Sequence record: NC_023610.1
Direction: 5' to 3' (one strand)
DNA length: 64,000 nt
In this document: positions 16,893 through 26,887 of the stretch, in pieces
Layout of the letters: every line of letters begins with the position of its first letter
Numbering within the stretch: position 1 is the stretch's first letter
Program-made: the position numbers and the translations under genes
The notes under the pieces: model-generated
The model's database searches: none
What the model was told of the DNA's origin: nothing
Seen by the model: the letters and a program-made list of their open reading frames with translations, nothing else

Positions 16893-17570
16893 TTAACGCC
16901 CTTTATCCAAAGTGGTATCCAGATGCGCCACACGGAAGTAGGTCGCCATGTTCTGGGTAGAGGTGGTTCCTTCCCCGGCATCCAGCGCACGATTCAACGA
17001 CCCGCTACCGGACGTCATGATATCGTACTCCAGCTGACGGTTAGCGGCGTCATCACCCCCACGAACAGAGATGGCTTCCAGAATGGCTGCATCGTGTCCA
17101 CGGGCGTGTAGCACCCCGATTTCCGGGAAGGAGAGACGTGACCCTTTCGAGTCCCCGGTCACCTGACCGGTCAGTTCATCGGTCGACAAGTTGTCTTCAG
17201 GAATCGACATCTTCGTCTCTTGCATCTGAGACAGGCGAGTAACATGGATTTTAATCACCATGTACTTGAGCGGGGTAATCATCTCCCGCCCCGTATCAGG
17301 GTCTGTCACCACCAGGCGGTGGAATAACTCGACGCCCCATTTCTTGGCCACGTTCTTCAGGTGGTCAACCGTCAGGGTGTGTTTGGTCAAGTTGGGGAGA
17401 ATAGCAGATGGAGTTTGCGTCCCGTCTCCAAAGCCTTTCATCAGCGCGGCAAATTGCGTCGGGCTGAGGGCATCAAGGTCCTTCTTAAATTGTTCGGCAT
17501 TACCGGTCCCGGGGAACAACTCGGCCATTCTTTGCACGCCAAGCGCCGTTACCTCTTCTCTTTTTCCCAT
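16893..17570 (-). CDS. Virion RNA polymerase beta subunit, C-terminal part (phiKZ gp149-like)
   Basis: DPDTGRE...YMVIKIHVTRLSQ...LTGQVTGDSKGSRLSFPEIGVL...LEAISVRGGD corresponds to the RpoB C-terminal KL.H...LT.QP..G..GGQRFGEME...E.L..KSDD region. Confidence 0.85.
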   Translation of the reverse strand: MGKREEVTALGVQRMAELFPGTGNAEQFKKDLDALSPTQFAALMKGFGDGTQTPSAILPNLTKHTLTVDHLKNVAKKWGVELFHRLVVTDPDTGREMITPLKYMVIKIHVTRLSQMQETKMSIPEDNLSTDELTGQVTGDSKGSRLSFPEIGVLHARGHDAAILEAISVRGGDDAANRQLEYDIMTSGSGSLNRALDAGEGTTSTQNMATYFRVAHLDTTLDKGR

Positions 17571-17946
17571 TGGGATTCTCCTCAGGAATCTTCACCACGC
17601 GTAAGCTTACGTCATACTTAGTCGCTTCTTTAACCACGTGGCCCGTGCCGCGACTGTAACCGTCCCAGAAGGCAACGCCATAGCGGGCGATTTCCATCAT
17701 CTCCGCGTTACGGATGTAGCCTGCGGACTTACCGTGTTCGTCCCAATCGGCATCGTAGGTGGCGTGCGCCAGCTTGCGACGGCGGGCGTACAGATACGCC
17801 AGGTAATCGGTCCCCCTGGCACCCCCTTCAATCAGAACCACCTTCTCCCGGTCAAAGTTCTTGAGGAGGTGGTCCATGCGCTTGGCAAACTGCCAGTAGG
17901 ATGTATAATGTCTACACCCACTGACCATGACGTATATTAAGTCCAT
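17500..17946 (-). CDS. SLOG-family (DUF2493/YspA-like) protein
   Basis: VMVSGCRHY, IEGGARGTD, ADWDEHGKSAGYIRN and AFWDGYSRGTGH motifs. Confidence 0.85.
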   Translation of the reverse strand: MDLIYVMVSGCRHYTSYWQFAKRMDHLLKNFDREKVVLIEGGARGTDYLAYLYARRRKLAHATYDADWDEHGKSAGYIRNAEMMEIARYGVAFWDGYSRGTGHVVKEATKYDVSLRVVKIPEENPNGKKRRGNGAWRAKNGRVVPRDR

Positions 17947-17959
17947 ACGTCCTCCGTCA

Positions 17960-18244
17960 TCAATGAATGATGCGCACCAGGTCGTCTACCAGTTCCCGTT
18001 CAAAGGCACGAATCCATTGGTCAATGGAGCCTTCTACCGGAAGTTCCCTGGCACGTTTAGCAGCCACCGGGTCTTTCTCATCGAGGAAGACGGTGAACCA
18101 CTCGTTGATTTCGCGCATCTCGGACTTGTTGCTGCTACGCTCACGCGGGGCGTGTTCGAACCGACGCTCAAAATAGTTGGCGACACGGTTGGAGTAACGC
18201 GACAGCATCATCACGAGATGAAAGCGGGCGTCTTGCTTAACCAT
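17960..18244 (-). CDS. Hypothetical protein
   Basis: 94-aa ORF between uvsX and the SLOG gene; RBS GAGCAGAG. Confidence 0.65.
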   Translation of the reverse strand: MVKQDARFHLVMMLSRYSNRVANYFERRFEHAPRERSSNKSEMREINEWFTVFLDEKDPVAAKRARELPVEGSIDQWIRAFERELVDDLVRIIH

Positions 18245-18256
18245 TTCTCTGCTCTC

Positions 18257-19684
18257 TTATTTTTTCTTCAGCGGCTGCATCCAGTACGGATGGTATTCGC
18301 CAGCTGCCATACGGAGGAGGTCCAAAGCCGACAGGAACTGTTTGTCTTCTTTGATACCGTTAAACTGCCAGTGGCCGCGCGTTCCGCCCAGGATTTCATC
18401 CCAGTCGTAACCCATCTCTTTCAGCTTCTGGAAGATGTCCGGTGGCGTCTGGTGCACGATGTCACCTAAGTACCACATGACGCGCTTAATCTGGCACAGC
18501 CCGGCGGTCAATTCCAGGGCACGGCACAGCTTCGCATCTTCTTTGATTTTGTCACGGATGGAGTTACGGGTGAACTTGCCGTCCGGGTAAATTTCCATGG
18601 ACATGTTGACCATGTTGCTACCCATGCCGTACTGACCATTCTCACGCAGGTAGCAGAGTTCTGTCAGGTGCGGCTGTAACCCTTCGGTCTGTGAGAAGAT
18701 AACCTTGAACGGGGCACCGGATTGACCGAACTTACCGCGCAGGTTGAGCATCTTCACTTCGACCAGGTCTTTGTCGTACTGCTCACCTTTCTCACCGCGA
18801 CCGTACATCGGGATACCTTCTTTATCCAGGTGCGGTTTCTGCGAGTGACACATCCACATGTTGTTCGGGATGTAGGTGAACTTTTCGGTGGCGTTCTTAA
18901 TCTTGGTACCCGCCTGCATGTGCGCCATGATTTTCTCAGGCGGACTGTTCGGGTCCATGTTAAACGCATCGCCCAGGTGCGCGGTCATGACGCTGTAGAA
19001 GCCTGTGCGACCGTTCACGCCAGGCATGGCCATGATGATACGGGTTTTGTACATCCCGTCGTTGGCGAACAACATGTTGTTTTTGCTGTCGGCGACGTTC
19101 TTGGCTTTATCGGCTTTCTTCTCCAACGCTTCGAAGTTCAACATCGACCAGGAGTCAATCTCTTCAAAGGTTGGGGCCAGGACCTGGATGAAGCTACCAT
19201 CGGCATTCAGGAACGGGGTTTCAAGCATCGCACCTTTGGTGGCGACTTTCTTCTTCCCGTATTCCTTACGTTTTTCCCAGTAGTCTTCCGCCGATATCTT
19301 AATCATGTTCGTCAAGAACATTTTCGGGTTACCGATAACCCCGGCTTCCTGGATGCGCGGGAATTGTCCCATACGGAACTCCAGGCCTTCCAGGTCACGA
19401 GAACCTTCGGTTTCTTTATAGAAGCTGTTACCCACGTCGTAGTAGTTGTTCTGGGCAGCGGCCATGAAATAGTCAGCCGTCGTGGACTTATACTGGTTGT
19501 TCTTACCCACGATAGCGGTGATGTGAGACATACCGCCGTTCAGCAAGGATTCACCGTGTGCACCGCGGGTATAACGGCCGGAGAAATGGTCAAAAAGGCA
19601 ACCCACGTTCAGTTTTGGCGTAGAGGCATCGGCTTGTTGCGTTGCTTCCATTACGCCATCCATTGGGTCTAAGAAAAAGGACAT
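18257..19684 (-). CDS. uvsX: UvsX/RecA-like recombinase (phiKZ gp152-like)
   Basis: Walker A-like AIVGKNNQYKST; EEIDSWS (Walker B); SVMTAH; LNLRGKFGQSG. Confidence 0.85.
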   Translation of the reverse strand: MSFFLDPMDGVMEATQQADASTPKLNVGCLFDHFSGRYTRGAHGESLLNGGMSHITAIVGKNNQYKSTTADYFMAAAQNNYYDVGNSFYKETEGSRDLEGLEFRMGQFPRIQEAGVIGNPKMFLTNMIKISAEDYWEKRKEYGKKKVATKGAMLETPFLNADGSFIQVLAPTFEEIDSWSMLNFEALEKKADKAKNVADSKNNMLFANDGMYKTRIIMAMPGVNGRTGFYSVMTAHLGDAFNMDPNSPPEKIMAHMQAGTKIKNATEKFTYIPNNMWMCHSQKPHLDKEGIPMYGRGEKGEQYDKDLVEVKMLNLRGKFGQSGAPFKVIFSQTEGLQPHLTELCYLRENGQYGMGSNMVNMSMEIYPDGKFTRNSIRDKIKEDAKLCRALELTAGLCQIKRVMWYLGDIVHQTPPDIFQKLKEMGYDWDEILGGTRGHWQFNGIKEDKQFLSALDLLRMAAGEYHPYWMQPLKKK

Positions 19685-19778
19685 GGTGCGATTCCTTAAG
19701 CTGGTTAGAGTGATTCTGTCATCTAATATGGGCTATACATTTAATTTTATGTAATTTAACCCCGGAGGTTGTACCCCC

Positions 19779-20636
19779 ATGAACAACAATTTGAGTACGT
19801 TTCGTACGAGAGCCGTCATTATCGCACTGGAAGGGAAGTCACTGGTCTCGACCGAATCCCTTTCCGTACACCGTCCTCTTGCCGGGACAGTTGCCAAACT
19901 TTCTGGTTTCCTGAAAGAGCTGGGCGATGACTTAGGGTATCGTGTTAGTGGTATTCAGGACACCTTATTTAAGACGGACGTAAAAACTAAAAAGGGTCAG
20001 GAGCTGTTACTGTCACGTCTGCCTGGTACTGACTACCTGAACCTGGCACCAATTCGTGTCCCTGTGTTACCGGGTCTGCGTGTGACGTGGCTGGACCTGC
20101 TCCACAACATGAAACCTGGTGTTGAGTTCTCAGTCAGTTTGCAAGAGAACGTGATTCACCCGTTCAAGCAGTTTGTCGCCACCGCCCTGACCAACCCAGA
20201 GAAGTTCTCCTCCAGCGCCCTGAACTCCACCGTCAACTTCGTGGACTACGAGCTGCTGAAGAAGTCACTGGGTGCCTCGGTCAGTGGGAACGCTTCTGTG
20301 AACGTGCGCAAGTACGGTGAGTGTGTGGCGCGGAACTCGGACATGGCAGAAGTTCTGGACCTGACCAACAACTTCGAGCACGTCTTCATGAACTCCAACC
20401 CACAGATGCTGATGGCGGAGATTGATGAGCTGCGTGAGTTGTTCGGTCAACTGTCGGCCAACATTACGGATACCAACCAACAGTTCCGTCTGAACGGCAA
20501 GACCATCTCTAACCTGGCCACGGCTGCGTACAACGTGGCAGAGTCGGTGGAGTACTACGCGGCAGTCAGAACCCTGTTCATCAACCATGCGAACGCCATG
20601 AAGGCCGCGGTTGACAAACTGGTCAAAGCGGTGTAA
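19779..20636 (+). CDS. Putative internal head / virion protein with prohead-protease-type sites
   Basis: RBS GGAGG; N-terminal IALEGKSLVSTES contains A/S-x-E sites. Confidence 0.6.
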   Translation: MNNNLSTFRTRAVIIALEGKSLVSTESLSVHRPLAGTVAKLSGFLKELGDDLGYRVSGIQDTLFKTDVKTKKGQELLLSRLPGTDYLNLAPIRVPVLPGLRVTWLDLLHNMKPGVEFSVSLQENVIHPFKQFVATALTNPEKFSSSALNSTVNFVDYELLKKSLGASVSGNASVNVRKYGECVARNSDMAEVLDLTNNFEHVFMNSNPQMLMAEIDELRELFGQLSANITDTNQQFRLNGKTISNLATAAYNVAESVEYYAAVRTLFINHANAMKAAVDKLVKAV

Positions 20637-20682
20637 CAAAAAAAAATAACCCCAGGGGACCCGAAGGTCCCCTGGGTTTTAT
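20637..20682. terminator. Bidirectional terminator
   Basis: AACCCCAGGGGACC-GAA-GGTCCCCTGGGTTTT flanked by A- and T-runs. Confidence 0.85.
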
Positions 20683-21044
20683 GCCATCGTGCGCGCGATG
20701 CGTACGATTTGCTTAACATCGTTATCCAGGTCGTATTTGCACTGGTCAGAGTAATGTAACCAGCACGGAGCAATACGGCGCAGATAGCGTTCCAACGTCG
20801 GAGGAGCAATGTGTCGGAAGTCACGCTTTTTGACTTCCCCGCGCCAGGCTTTCGTCAGTAGTCCACAAAGGAGGAATCCCCGTTCGTCCTGCAAGAAACG
20901 GAGTTCATCATTCAGGACCTTGAAGTCAGCCTTGCGCTCACATCTGTCCGTTAAGAGGAGATAAAGTGACCCCGTTAACAAAATCCTCCGTGACTTGTCA
21001 CTGAGGAATCGTTTACTGAGGTGCAGCAGTATGGTCGTCTTCAT
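20679..21044 (-). CDS. Hypothetical protein
   Basis: 121 aa; ATGA overlap with the RNase H stop. Confidence 0.6.
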   Translation of the reverse strand: MKTTILLHLSKRFLSDKSRRILLTGSLYLLLTDRCERKADFKVLNDELRFLQDERGFLLCGLLTKAWRGEVKKRDFRHIAPPTLERYLRRIAPCWLHYSDQCKYDLDNDVKQIVRIARTMA

Positions 21045-22621
21045 ACACGCTTTCCAATTAACACTATTAGGTTGGACTTAAACGACGCACTGAGGAGAAG
21101 GTCCCCATCGGTTTCCACAATCGTGGCATACCGGAACGAAGTTGCCGTTTCACGCCAAGTAATCGCCTTCACTGTGGTATTCGGCCCTGCGACGGCCACC
21201 AAAGTGTTACGCGTTGGAATGTCAGCACCCAGCTTAAACTTCACCGGACGTTGTTCAACGGTCTTCAGGTCCACGCAGAAATCCAAGGTAAACGTCGCCG
21301 TGTTATGCGGCGGGTCAATCTCTTTACGAGCCTTGTAAACCTGCTTGTTCTTCTCTTCGATTACCTGATAAACCTTATCAGTTAAATCGGTCACTACCAG
21401 GGCGTCGTCACCTGCGAGATAACGCTCGATAATCCGCACCAGGCTCTCAAAGTGTCCCACTAGGTGGAAACCGTGGTAAGCCGGACGGAGGGTCTTCAAC
21501 ACGGGGCAACGGTCAGGAGTTACAACAACCTCCTCATTCCATTTCGGGAACAGGATATCTTCCTTCTCCTCCAAAATGGCCGCATAGCGTTCGGTGTTAA
21601 GAATGTTGCTCAGATTACCGAGCGTCACTTCACTGACCCCGCGATAGTATCGCTTCTCGAGGCTGCTCGCGAGCAAATCCAGTACCGGTTCTGGCTCGCT
21701 GCTGACCCATACGGCGACTTTCGCTGTGGCGGTATCCTTGCCCACCAAATCGTCTTCGACGTCCGCTTTACCGTGGTTGCCGAAGAAATATACCGACTTG
21801 TCCTTAAATGCGTAGTCTGTGGCTTTGCGGTCAGAAAGCCCATACCACCAGTTGTGCTCCATGATACGGTTGCTCAACTTCGTTTTCTGAACGTATCCTT
21901 TCGGTGAAGAGCAACGGTATTCGTCGGTGAAAACTCCGCGGATGCCACGAACTTGTCCCTTCGTGGAGTTCCAGTCGGCTCGGTCGTTACCCGGGTCGCC
22001 GGAGTGTGCTTCCGCTTTGGCGAAGTAAATGGAGATACCCTTCTTGATGGCATCCAGGTACAAGGTTGCTAACGTCTGCCACCATGCCCAGTGTGCCACC
22101 GGTTTCCCGGTCGAAGTTAATCCCCCACGCTTCAGCCAGTTGGGGTAATCCCGAGTGATTCCGTCTAAGACGTATTGTGAATCCCCCAGGATTACCACCT
22201 GTTTTGGATGATACTTGTTTACAAAGGTCAACGCCTCAATCATGGCGTTTATTTCACCCTGACTGACGGTCCATTCCTCGCGACCACCATACCAGTCAAA
22301 GAAGAAATCTGGTTCTACCGGTCTCGCCGCAGGCGGGCTCGGATAGGGCATCAACAATCCGTTGTAAAAAGGCTCGGTCTGTTCACGTGAGGTGTCCTTG
22401 AACTCCTTCGTGTACTGTCCCAGCCGCCCATCCACGTAACCCAGGTGACTCGGCGCGTTCTTCTTCTTCGTGAATTTGTTTTTCTTTTCTTCTACCAGGC
22501 TATACGTGTACCCGTGGAGACCCCAGCTACCAACACGGTAACCTGAGTGACTGCCTCCATCAACGTACAGTACGGCACCAAATTCGCCTGGTTGCGCCGT
22601 AAAGTCCTGCGACAATTCCAT
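21041..22621 (-). CDS. rnh: Ribonuclease H (type I-like N-terminal domain plus C-terminal extension; phiKZ gp155-like)
   Basis: LYVDGGS, GEINAMIEAL, ILGDSQYVLDGI, WLKRGG and AHSGDPGNDRAD motifs. Confidence 0.9.
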   Translation of the reverse strand: MELSQDFTAQPGEFGAVLYVDGGSHSGYRVGSWGLHGYTYSLVEEKKNKFTKKKNAPSHLGYVDGRLGQYTKEFKDTSREQTEPFYNGLLMPYPSPPAARPVEPDFFFDWYGGREEWTVSQGEINAMIEALTFVNKYHPKQVVILGDSQYVLDGITRDYPNWLKRGGLTSTGKPVAHWAWWQTLATLYLDAIKKGISIYFAKAEAHSGDPGNDRADWNSTKGQVRGIRGVFTDEYRCSSPKGYVQKTKLSNRIMEHNWWYGLSDRKATDYAFKDKSVYFFGNHGKADVEDDLVGKDTATAKVAVWVSSEPEPVLDLLASSLEKRYYRGVSEVTLGNLSNILNTERYAAILEEKEDILFPKWNEEVVVTPDRCPVLKTLRPAYHGFHLVGHFESLVRIIERYLAGDDALVVTDLTDKVYQVIEEKNKQVYKARKEIDPPHNTATFTLDFCVDLKTVEQRPVKFKLGADIPTRNTLVAVAGPNTTVKAITWRETATSFRYATIVETDGDLLLSASFKSNLIVLIGKRV

Positions 22622-22666
22622 GATTACCTCGAAATAAATGCTTCGGTCAAAGGAAGTAACCGTGGA

Positions 22667-23173
22667 TTATTTTTTAACATCATTAACAATAGCGGAAGAT
22701 TGCTCACTGAGCCCCGGTCCGGTGGGCTCTGGTTCTTCCTGCGGATGCAACCGTTCAACCTTCTCGATAAGCTTTTTGGTCAGCACCCCGCACTTCTCAG
22801 GGTCCTTCGCACAAGCCTCCCTAACCTTCTCCAGCAACATTTCGTTGTAGATACCCAGCTCGGTATTCTTATGACTAAGCTCATCCATGTCATGGTCGTA
22901 CTGTGTGCGTAAAATATAGTCCGCCGGTTTCCCCACTACGCTATCTTTTACCTTTTGTACCTCGACCAGGCAGAGCCCCAACGCGTCAGCGTCTTTCCGG
23001 TAACGGAAGTACCCAAAAATCGAACCCAGTATTAACGCAGCAACCAGAATGGCGACGTACGTCCGATACTTTGTTCGCTTGCTGGGTGGTAACTCTTCTT
23101 CCATATCCCGGCGGTGACTCTCCTTTATGAAGTAGTAAAGGTATGGGATTAAACGAACCAAGAGTGAAAACAC
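22667..23173 (-). CDS. Membrane-anchored coiled-coil protein
   Basis: GTG start after GGAGG; hydrophobic segment YVAILVAALILGSIFGYF. Confidence 0.7.
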   Translation of the reverse strand: MFSLLVRLIPYLYYFIKESHRRDMEEELPPSKRTKYRTYVAILVAALILGSIFGYFRYRKDADALGLCLVEVQKVKDSVVGKPADYILRTQYDHDMDELSHKNTELGIYNEMLLEKVREACAKDPEKCGVLTKKLIEKVERLHPQEEPEPTGPGLSEQSSAIVNDVKK

Positions 23174-23232
23174 GTGACCTCCTGCGTTAAACAACCCTTT
23201 CTTTATAATAGTTTTTTCGGAGACGATACAAC

Positions 23233-24534
23233 ATGTACAGCTTATACGGTTTTGTGGGTATCCCCAACTTCAAAAACAACGGACCCGGTAAGACTGCCAC
23301 CATTGGTGAGCTGGAAGATATAGGTTTCCAGTACAGTACCGAAGTCGGTACTTATCGCACGGGCACCTATTCCAACGTCGTATTTCACAGCATCGACTCG
23401 CGCCGCGACGATGTTCTTGTCGAAGTCGGATTGACGTATTACGATACGATTCTTCACATCTCGCAGTGGCTGTATGACCGGTCCATTCAGGGCGCAGTTG
23501 GTCAAGACTCGGTTGCCCTGAAGCAGGCACTGACCGCCGAGTTCGGCGACAGCGTTGAATTCGTTGCTGTGGGACCCATCTTACTCCAGGGTCATTACTA
23601 CTACCCGGCAAGCATGGAGATTAAGGTTAACAACTCCGGCGAAACGAATGACTTGTTCGTCTGGTTTGCGAACGATAACTTCCTTGCTGAGTATCCGGGC
23701 AAGGAGTTCCGAATCGTCCCTGCCCTGGAACCCGTAGACCAATTCTTCAATCAACGTGATGCTGTCCTGGCCATGCTCAAGGCCATCACCAGTGAAAGCC
23801 ACAACGCCAAAGTGCAGGCTGCGATTGGTAAGAAACCGCAGTCGTACATCTGGACGAAGAACTTCAACTGGCACGACATTGATAACGAGGACGTGACCTG
23901 GCCTGCGCCATTCACCGCGATTATCAACGGGCAAGCTGGCGTCAACATTGATTACATCAAAGAGGCGATTCGCGCGTACATCCTGGCAAATTCCGAACAC
24001 ACCGAATCCGAATGGGCTAAGGTGTTACCGGAAATCTTTACGCCAACGGAATTCTATATCGTGCCCATCTGGGACCGCTATAGTTTACCGAACCAGGCTC
24101 TGGAGACTGGGGTTTACAGTCCGACCATCCCGTATTCGGACCAGATGACGTATGCCCTGAAGTACTTTAAAGGCTACCTCCCTGCGCACATTACGGCAAA
24201 CCTCTGCGTTACAAGTTGCTCATATCAGTCGTTGCAGTTCCTAAGTTGCGGGAACCAGTTGAACTACGGTGCCGATACCCGCTTCGACCGCGAGTGGCCG
24301 AAGTACGCGAACGTACCGCCGGTCTCCGCTGAATTTGCGAAACTGCCGCCCGACACCCAGACGTTCATCACGAAGTTAATTACCCTTCTGATGGCCGCCG
24401 AGGTGGCAACGCCGCAGAGCATCATACCGACTGACATGACTCGTACGCAACGTGACGGGGTATATTACCTCACAACAACCGTCGGAGCAGTGCAGTACCT
24501 GGTACCAATTAAGCAAGGCTTTGCTCTGAGCTAA
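23233..24534 (+). CDS. Virion structural protein (phiKZ gp157-like position)
   Basis: 433 aa; MYSLYGFVGIPNFKNNGPG start typical of this conserved family; RBS GGAG. Confidence 0.65.
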   Translation: MYSLYGFVGIPNFKNNGPGKTATIGELEDIGFQYSTEVGTYRTGTYSNVVFHSIDSRRDDVLVEVGLTYYDTILHISQWLYDRSIQGAVGQDSVALKQALTAEFGDSVEFVAVGPILLQGHYYYPASMEIKVNNSGETNDLFVWFANDNFLAEYPGKEFRIVPALEPVDQFFNQRDAVLAMLKAITSESHNAKVQAAIGKKPQSYIWTKNFNWHDIDNEDVTWPAPFTAIINGQAGVNIDYIKEAIRAYILANSEHTESEWAKVLPEIFTPTEFYIVPIWDRYSLPNQALETGVYSPTIPYSDQMTYALKYFKGYLPAHITANLCVTSCSYQSLQFLSCGNQLNYGADTRFDREWPKYANVPPVSAEFAKLPPDTQTFITKLITLLMAAEVATPQSIIPTDMTRTQRDGVYYLTTTVGAVQYLVPIKQGFALS

Positions 24535-24544
24535 GGGGTTTCTG

Positions 24545-25162
24545 ATGGCAACGAGAATCACGCCGTTACCAAACATGCGCGGGTTGTACACACTGCGGAT
24601 GCCATGGACAACGGACAACAAGGTCTTGTACACCTGTACGGCCCTGCGTACCTTTAGGGAATTGATTGCAAACGGCAATGACGTGTTCGTCACGTATTAC
24701 CAGCCGAAGGGGTTGCAACAAAGCGACTACGAAGCTGACAATGCCGCCGGAGCAATCCTTTGTGTCTTGCAAGGGGACGACGGGAGCATCATTAATGTCC
24801 CGGACACCTACGTCGTTTCTTATCCTGACTCATCAGTGCCTGCTGTCGGCCACTTTGTATTGAGCGCGAGTATTGGACCCATGCGAATGGATGTCAATAT
24901 GGACTTTTTACGCTCGAAAGTGGGAGAGGTAATCTCGGATACTATCGGAGTCGTCCCGGAAGTGTTCGTTGACGTCCTGGATAGCAGTACGGTCATGACA
25001 CGGGAAGAATACGACGCTATGGAAGCGGCCCGCACTGCGGCTATCAAGAACCGTTCCACAACTTATGCCCTGCTGTTGCAAGAACAGGCACGTACGACTG
25101 TCTTGCAGAATAAGGTGGCGGAACTTCAGTCCTTGTTAGAGCAGAAGCAGCAAAATCCTTAA
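24545..25162 (+). CDS. Conserved hypothetical protein with C-terminal coiled coil
   Basis: 205 aa; co-transcribed with the previous gene. Confidence 0.75.
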   Translation: MATRITPLPNMRGLYTLRMPWTTDNKVLYTCTALRTFRELIANGNDVFVTYYQPKGLQQSDYEADNAAGAILCVLQGDDGSIINVPDTYVVSYPDSSVPAVGHFVLSASIGPMRMDVNMDFLRSKVGEVISDTIGVVPEVFVDVLDSSTVMTREEYDAMEAARTAAIKNRSTTYALLLQEQARTTVLQNKVAELQSLLEQKQQNP

Positions 25163-25176
25163 CTCAGGAAAACAAC

Positions 25177-25220
25177 AAAAAAAAAGAGAGGGCGAAAGCC
25201 CTCTCTTATTCTGTTTTTTA
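25177..25220. terminator. Bidirectional terminator
   Basis: AAGAGAGGGC-GAAA-GCCCTCTCTT flanked by A- and T-runs. Confidence 0.85.
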
Positions 25221-25853
25221 TTCTGCTTCTTCGCTGAACATTGGGTTGTCAGCATCGCGCAGTGCCGTCAGCGTTTGGTGCAGGCGGGAGTTGATGTACA
25301 CGCGGGAGTCGATTTCGTTGTGGCCGTAACCGAACGGACCACCGAAACGGTAGCGGTTACTGTTCGCAAAGTTCTGCGGGTAGTAGCCGTGGATAACACA
25401 TTGGCGCAGCTCTGGGTAGATGCTGTAGACCTTGTGGTCCAGGCAGAACTGATTGAAAGCTTTCTGTACGCGGGTGCCGTAGAACACTTCGGTAGCATGA
25501 CCTGCTTCGGAATGCAGTGCACCGTCAACCATCTGCTGTACCATGTTCTGAATCAGACTGATAGTTGCATCCAGTTCCCGGGAGTCGTACTTGTGCTGCA
25601 AGTCCAGAGACCAGTCTTTCACCACGCGAATGATTTCACGGAAACCACCCACGGTTTGCGGTAGACCAGTAATGTCGATTTTCGGTGCGTTGGTTTCAAT
25701 AGCGTGTTCAACCAGACGCTCGCACAGTTCCAATGTCGCATCGTCTTTCAGGCGCAACCACACGGTTGCCAGACGCTCTTCCCACTCAGCCTGCGTGTAC
25801 AATTCTTTTTCGAGCACATCGGCCAGGTCTAAACAAATCTTGCGCTTATCCAT
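25218..25853 (-). CDS. Hypothetical protein
   Basis: 211-aa ORF; RBS AGG. Confidence 0.75.
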   Translation of the reverse strand: MDKRKICLDLADVLEKELYTQAEWEERLATVWLRLKDDATLELCERLVEHAIETNAPKIDITGLPQTVGGFREIIRVVKDWSLDLQHKYDSRELDATISLIQNMVQQMVDGALHSEAGHATEVFYGTRVQKAFNQFCLDHKVYSIYPELRQCVIHGYYPQNFANSNRYRFGGPFGYGHNEIDSRVYINSRLHQTLTALRDADNPMFSEEAE

Positions 25854-25862
25854 TACCTATCC

Positions 25863-26534
25863 TTACAGTGATTGAAGTTGTTGAGTGATTTCACTCAGTT
25901 CATACTGACGATTCACGTTACGGACCGAGAAATCGAGAGTGTTGAGTTTCGCCATTAACGCGTCAATACGGATGACACGTTCGTCCATCGGCCAATACTG
26001 TTTCAATGACCAGAGTACCAGCGCCGTCCAGTGGAGCAATTTGATGTAACTGTGTTGCACCGTGAAGTAATTGTGGACCAGGTTACTGAGGGTTTGACGC
26101 CCCGGCAGTTTCTGACGTTGGTTGAGCCAGCCGTACGCCTGTTCCCTGGCATGATGAACCACGCTGACAGCCGCATCACCTTTACGTTCTTTCCACACCT
26201 TGTTCAGAGTGGCACCACCTTGTTCACCAGAATCTTTGGCAATCACGGTGAAGAAGTCTGACGTATCAGCAACGAAGATGTCTTGGTAGTTCACCCCCAG
26301 CTTCAACATATCTCTGACGAGGTGGTCGAAAATAAACTCGCTGTCGTGCTTGTACCACATCTGGTCGTAATTGCTAAACCAGAAGTGAACCTGCTCCATC
26401 AGTTGTGGACCCGTCAAGGCACCCAGTTCCCGAAGCGCGTCCAATGGGTAGATTTGTAAGCGGAGTTCACTTACGTCAATGCCCTCGTACGTTTCTTCTT
26501 CGAGCTCTTCGTCAATCATCACTTTTTCTGTCAT
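25863..26534 (-). CDS. Hypothetical protein
   Basis: 223 aa; ATGA overlap. Confidence 0.75.
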   Translation of the reverse strand: MTEKVMIDEELEEETYEGIDVSELRLQIYPLDALRELGALTGPQLMEQVHFWFSNYDQMWYKHDSEFIFDHLVRDMLKLGVNYQDIFVADTSDFFTVIAKDSGEQGGATLNKVWKERKGDAAVSVVHHAREQAYGWLNQRQKLPGRQTLSNLVHNYFTVQHSYIKLLHWTALVLWSLKQYWPMDERVIRIDALMAKLNTLDFSVRNVNRQYELSEITQQLQSL

Positions 26535-26884
26535 TTGTTTCCTGCCCTGTCAATCTTTAAAGAAATCGCTTCCGGCGTCATCACCAGAACCTCATTCTTC
26601 ATCATGGTGGGGTAGCTTGCGGCTACAATGTCAATCAACCCAAACATCCGGGTTTCGATACGCAGGTGAGGACCGTCTTCACGGTCCACTTGATTCCCGC
26701 CACGAAACTCCTGGACTAGCTTGCTGAACACCCGTTTGTCGACCTGGATGTTCATGGCAAGTGTAGCGTTACCGTCACCGTGCACGACATGCGCCGCGGG
26801 CAGCACAACAGCGTACTGTCCGAGGTTGGTCTTGAATGCCATTTGCAGGTTACGGTACGCGAATTGTATTTCTTTCAGGTTCAC
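26531..26884 (-). CDS. Hypothetical protein
   Basis: GTG start after AAGGAG. Confidence 0.7.
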   Translation of the reverse strand: MNLKEIQFAYRNLQMAFKTNLGQYAVVLPAAHVVHGDGNATLAMNIQVDKRVFSKLVQEFRGGNQVDREDGPHLRIETRMFGLIDIVAASYPTMMKNEVLVMTPEAISLKIDRAGNK

Positions 26885-26887
26885 TGA

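Noticed and set aside
18722-19672. 316-aa plus-strand ORF
   Set aside because: Exactly antisense to uvsX; explained by biased codon usage lacking antisense stops; no RBS or recognisable motifs.
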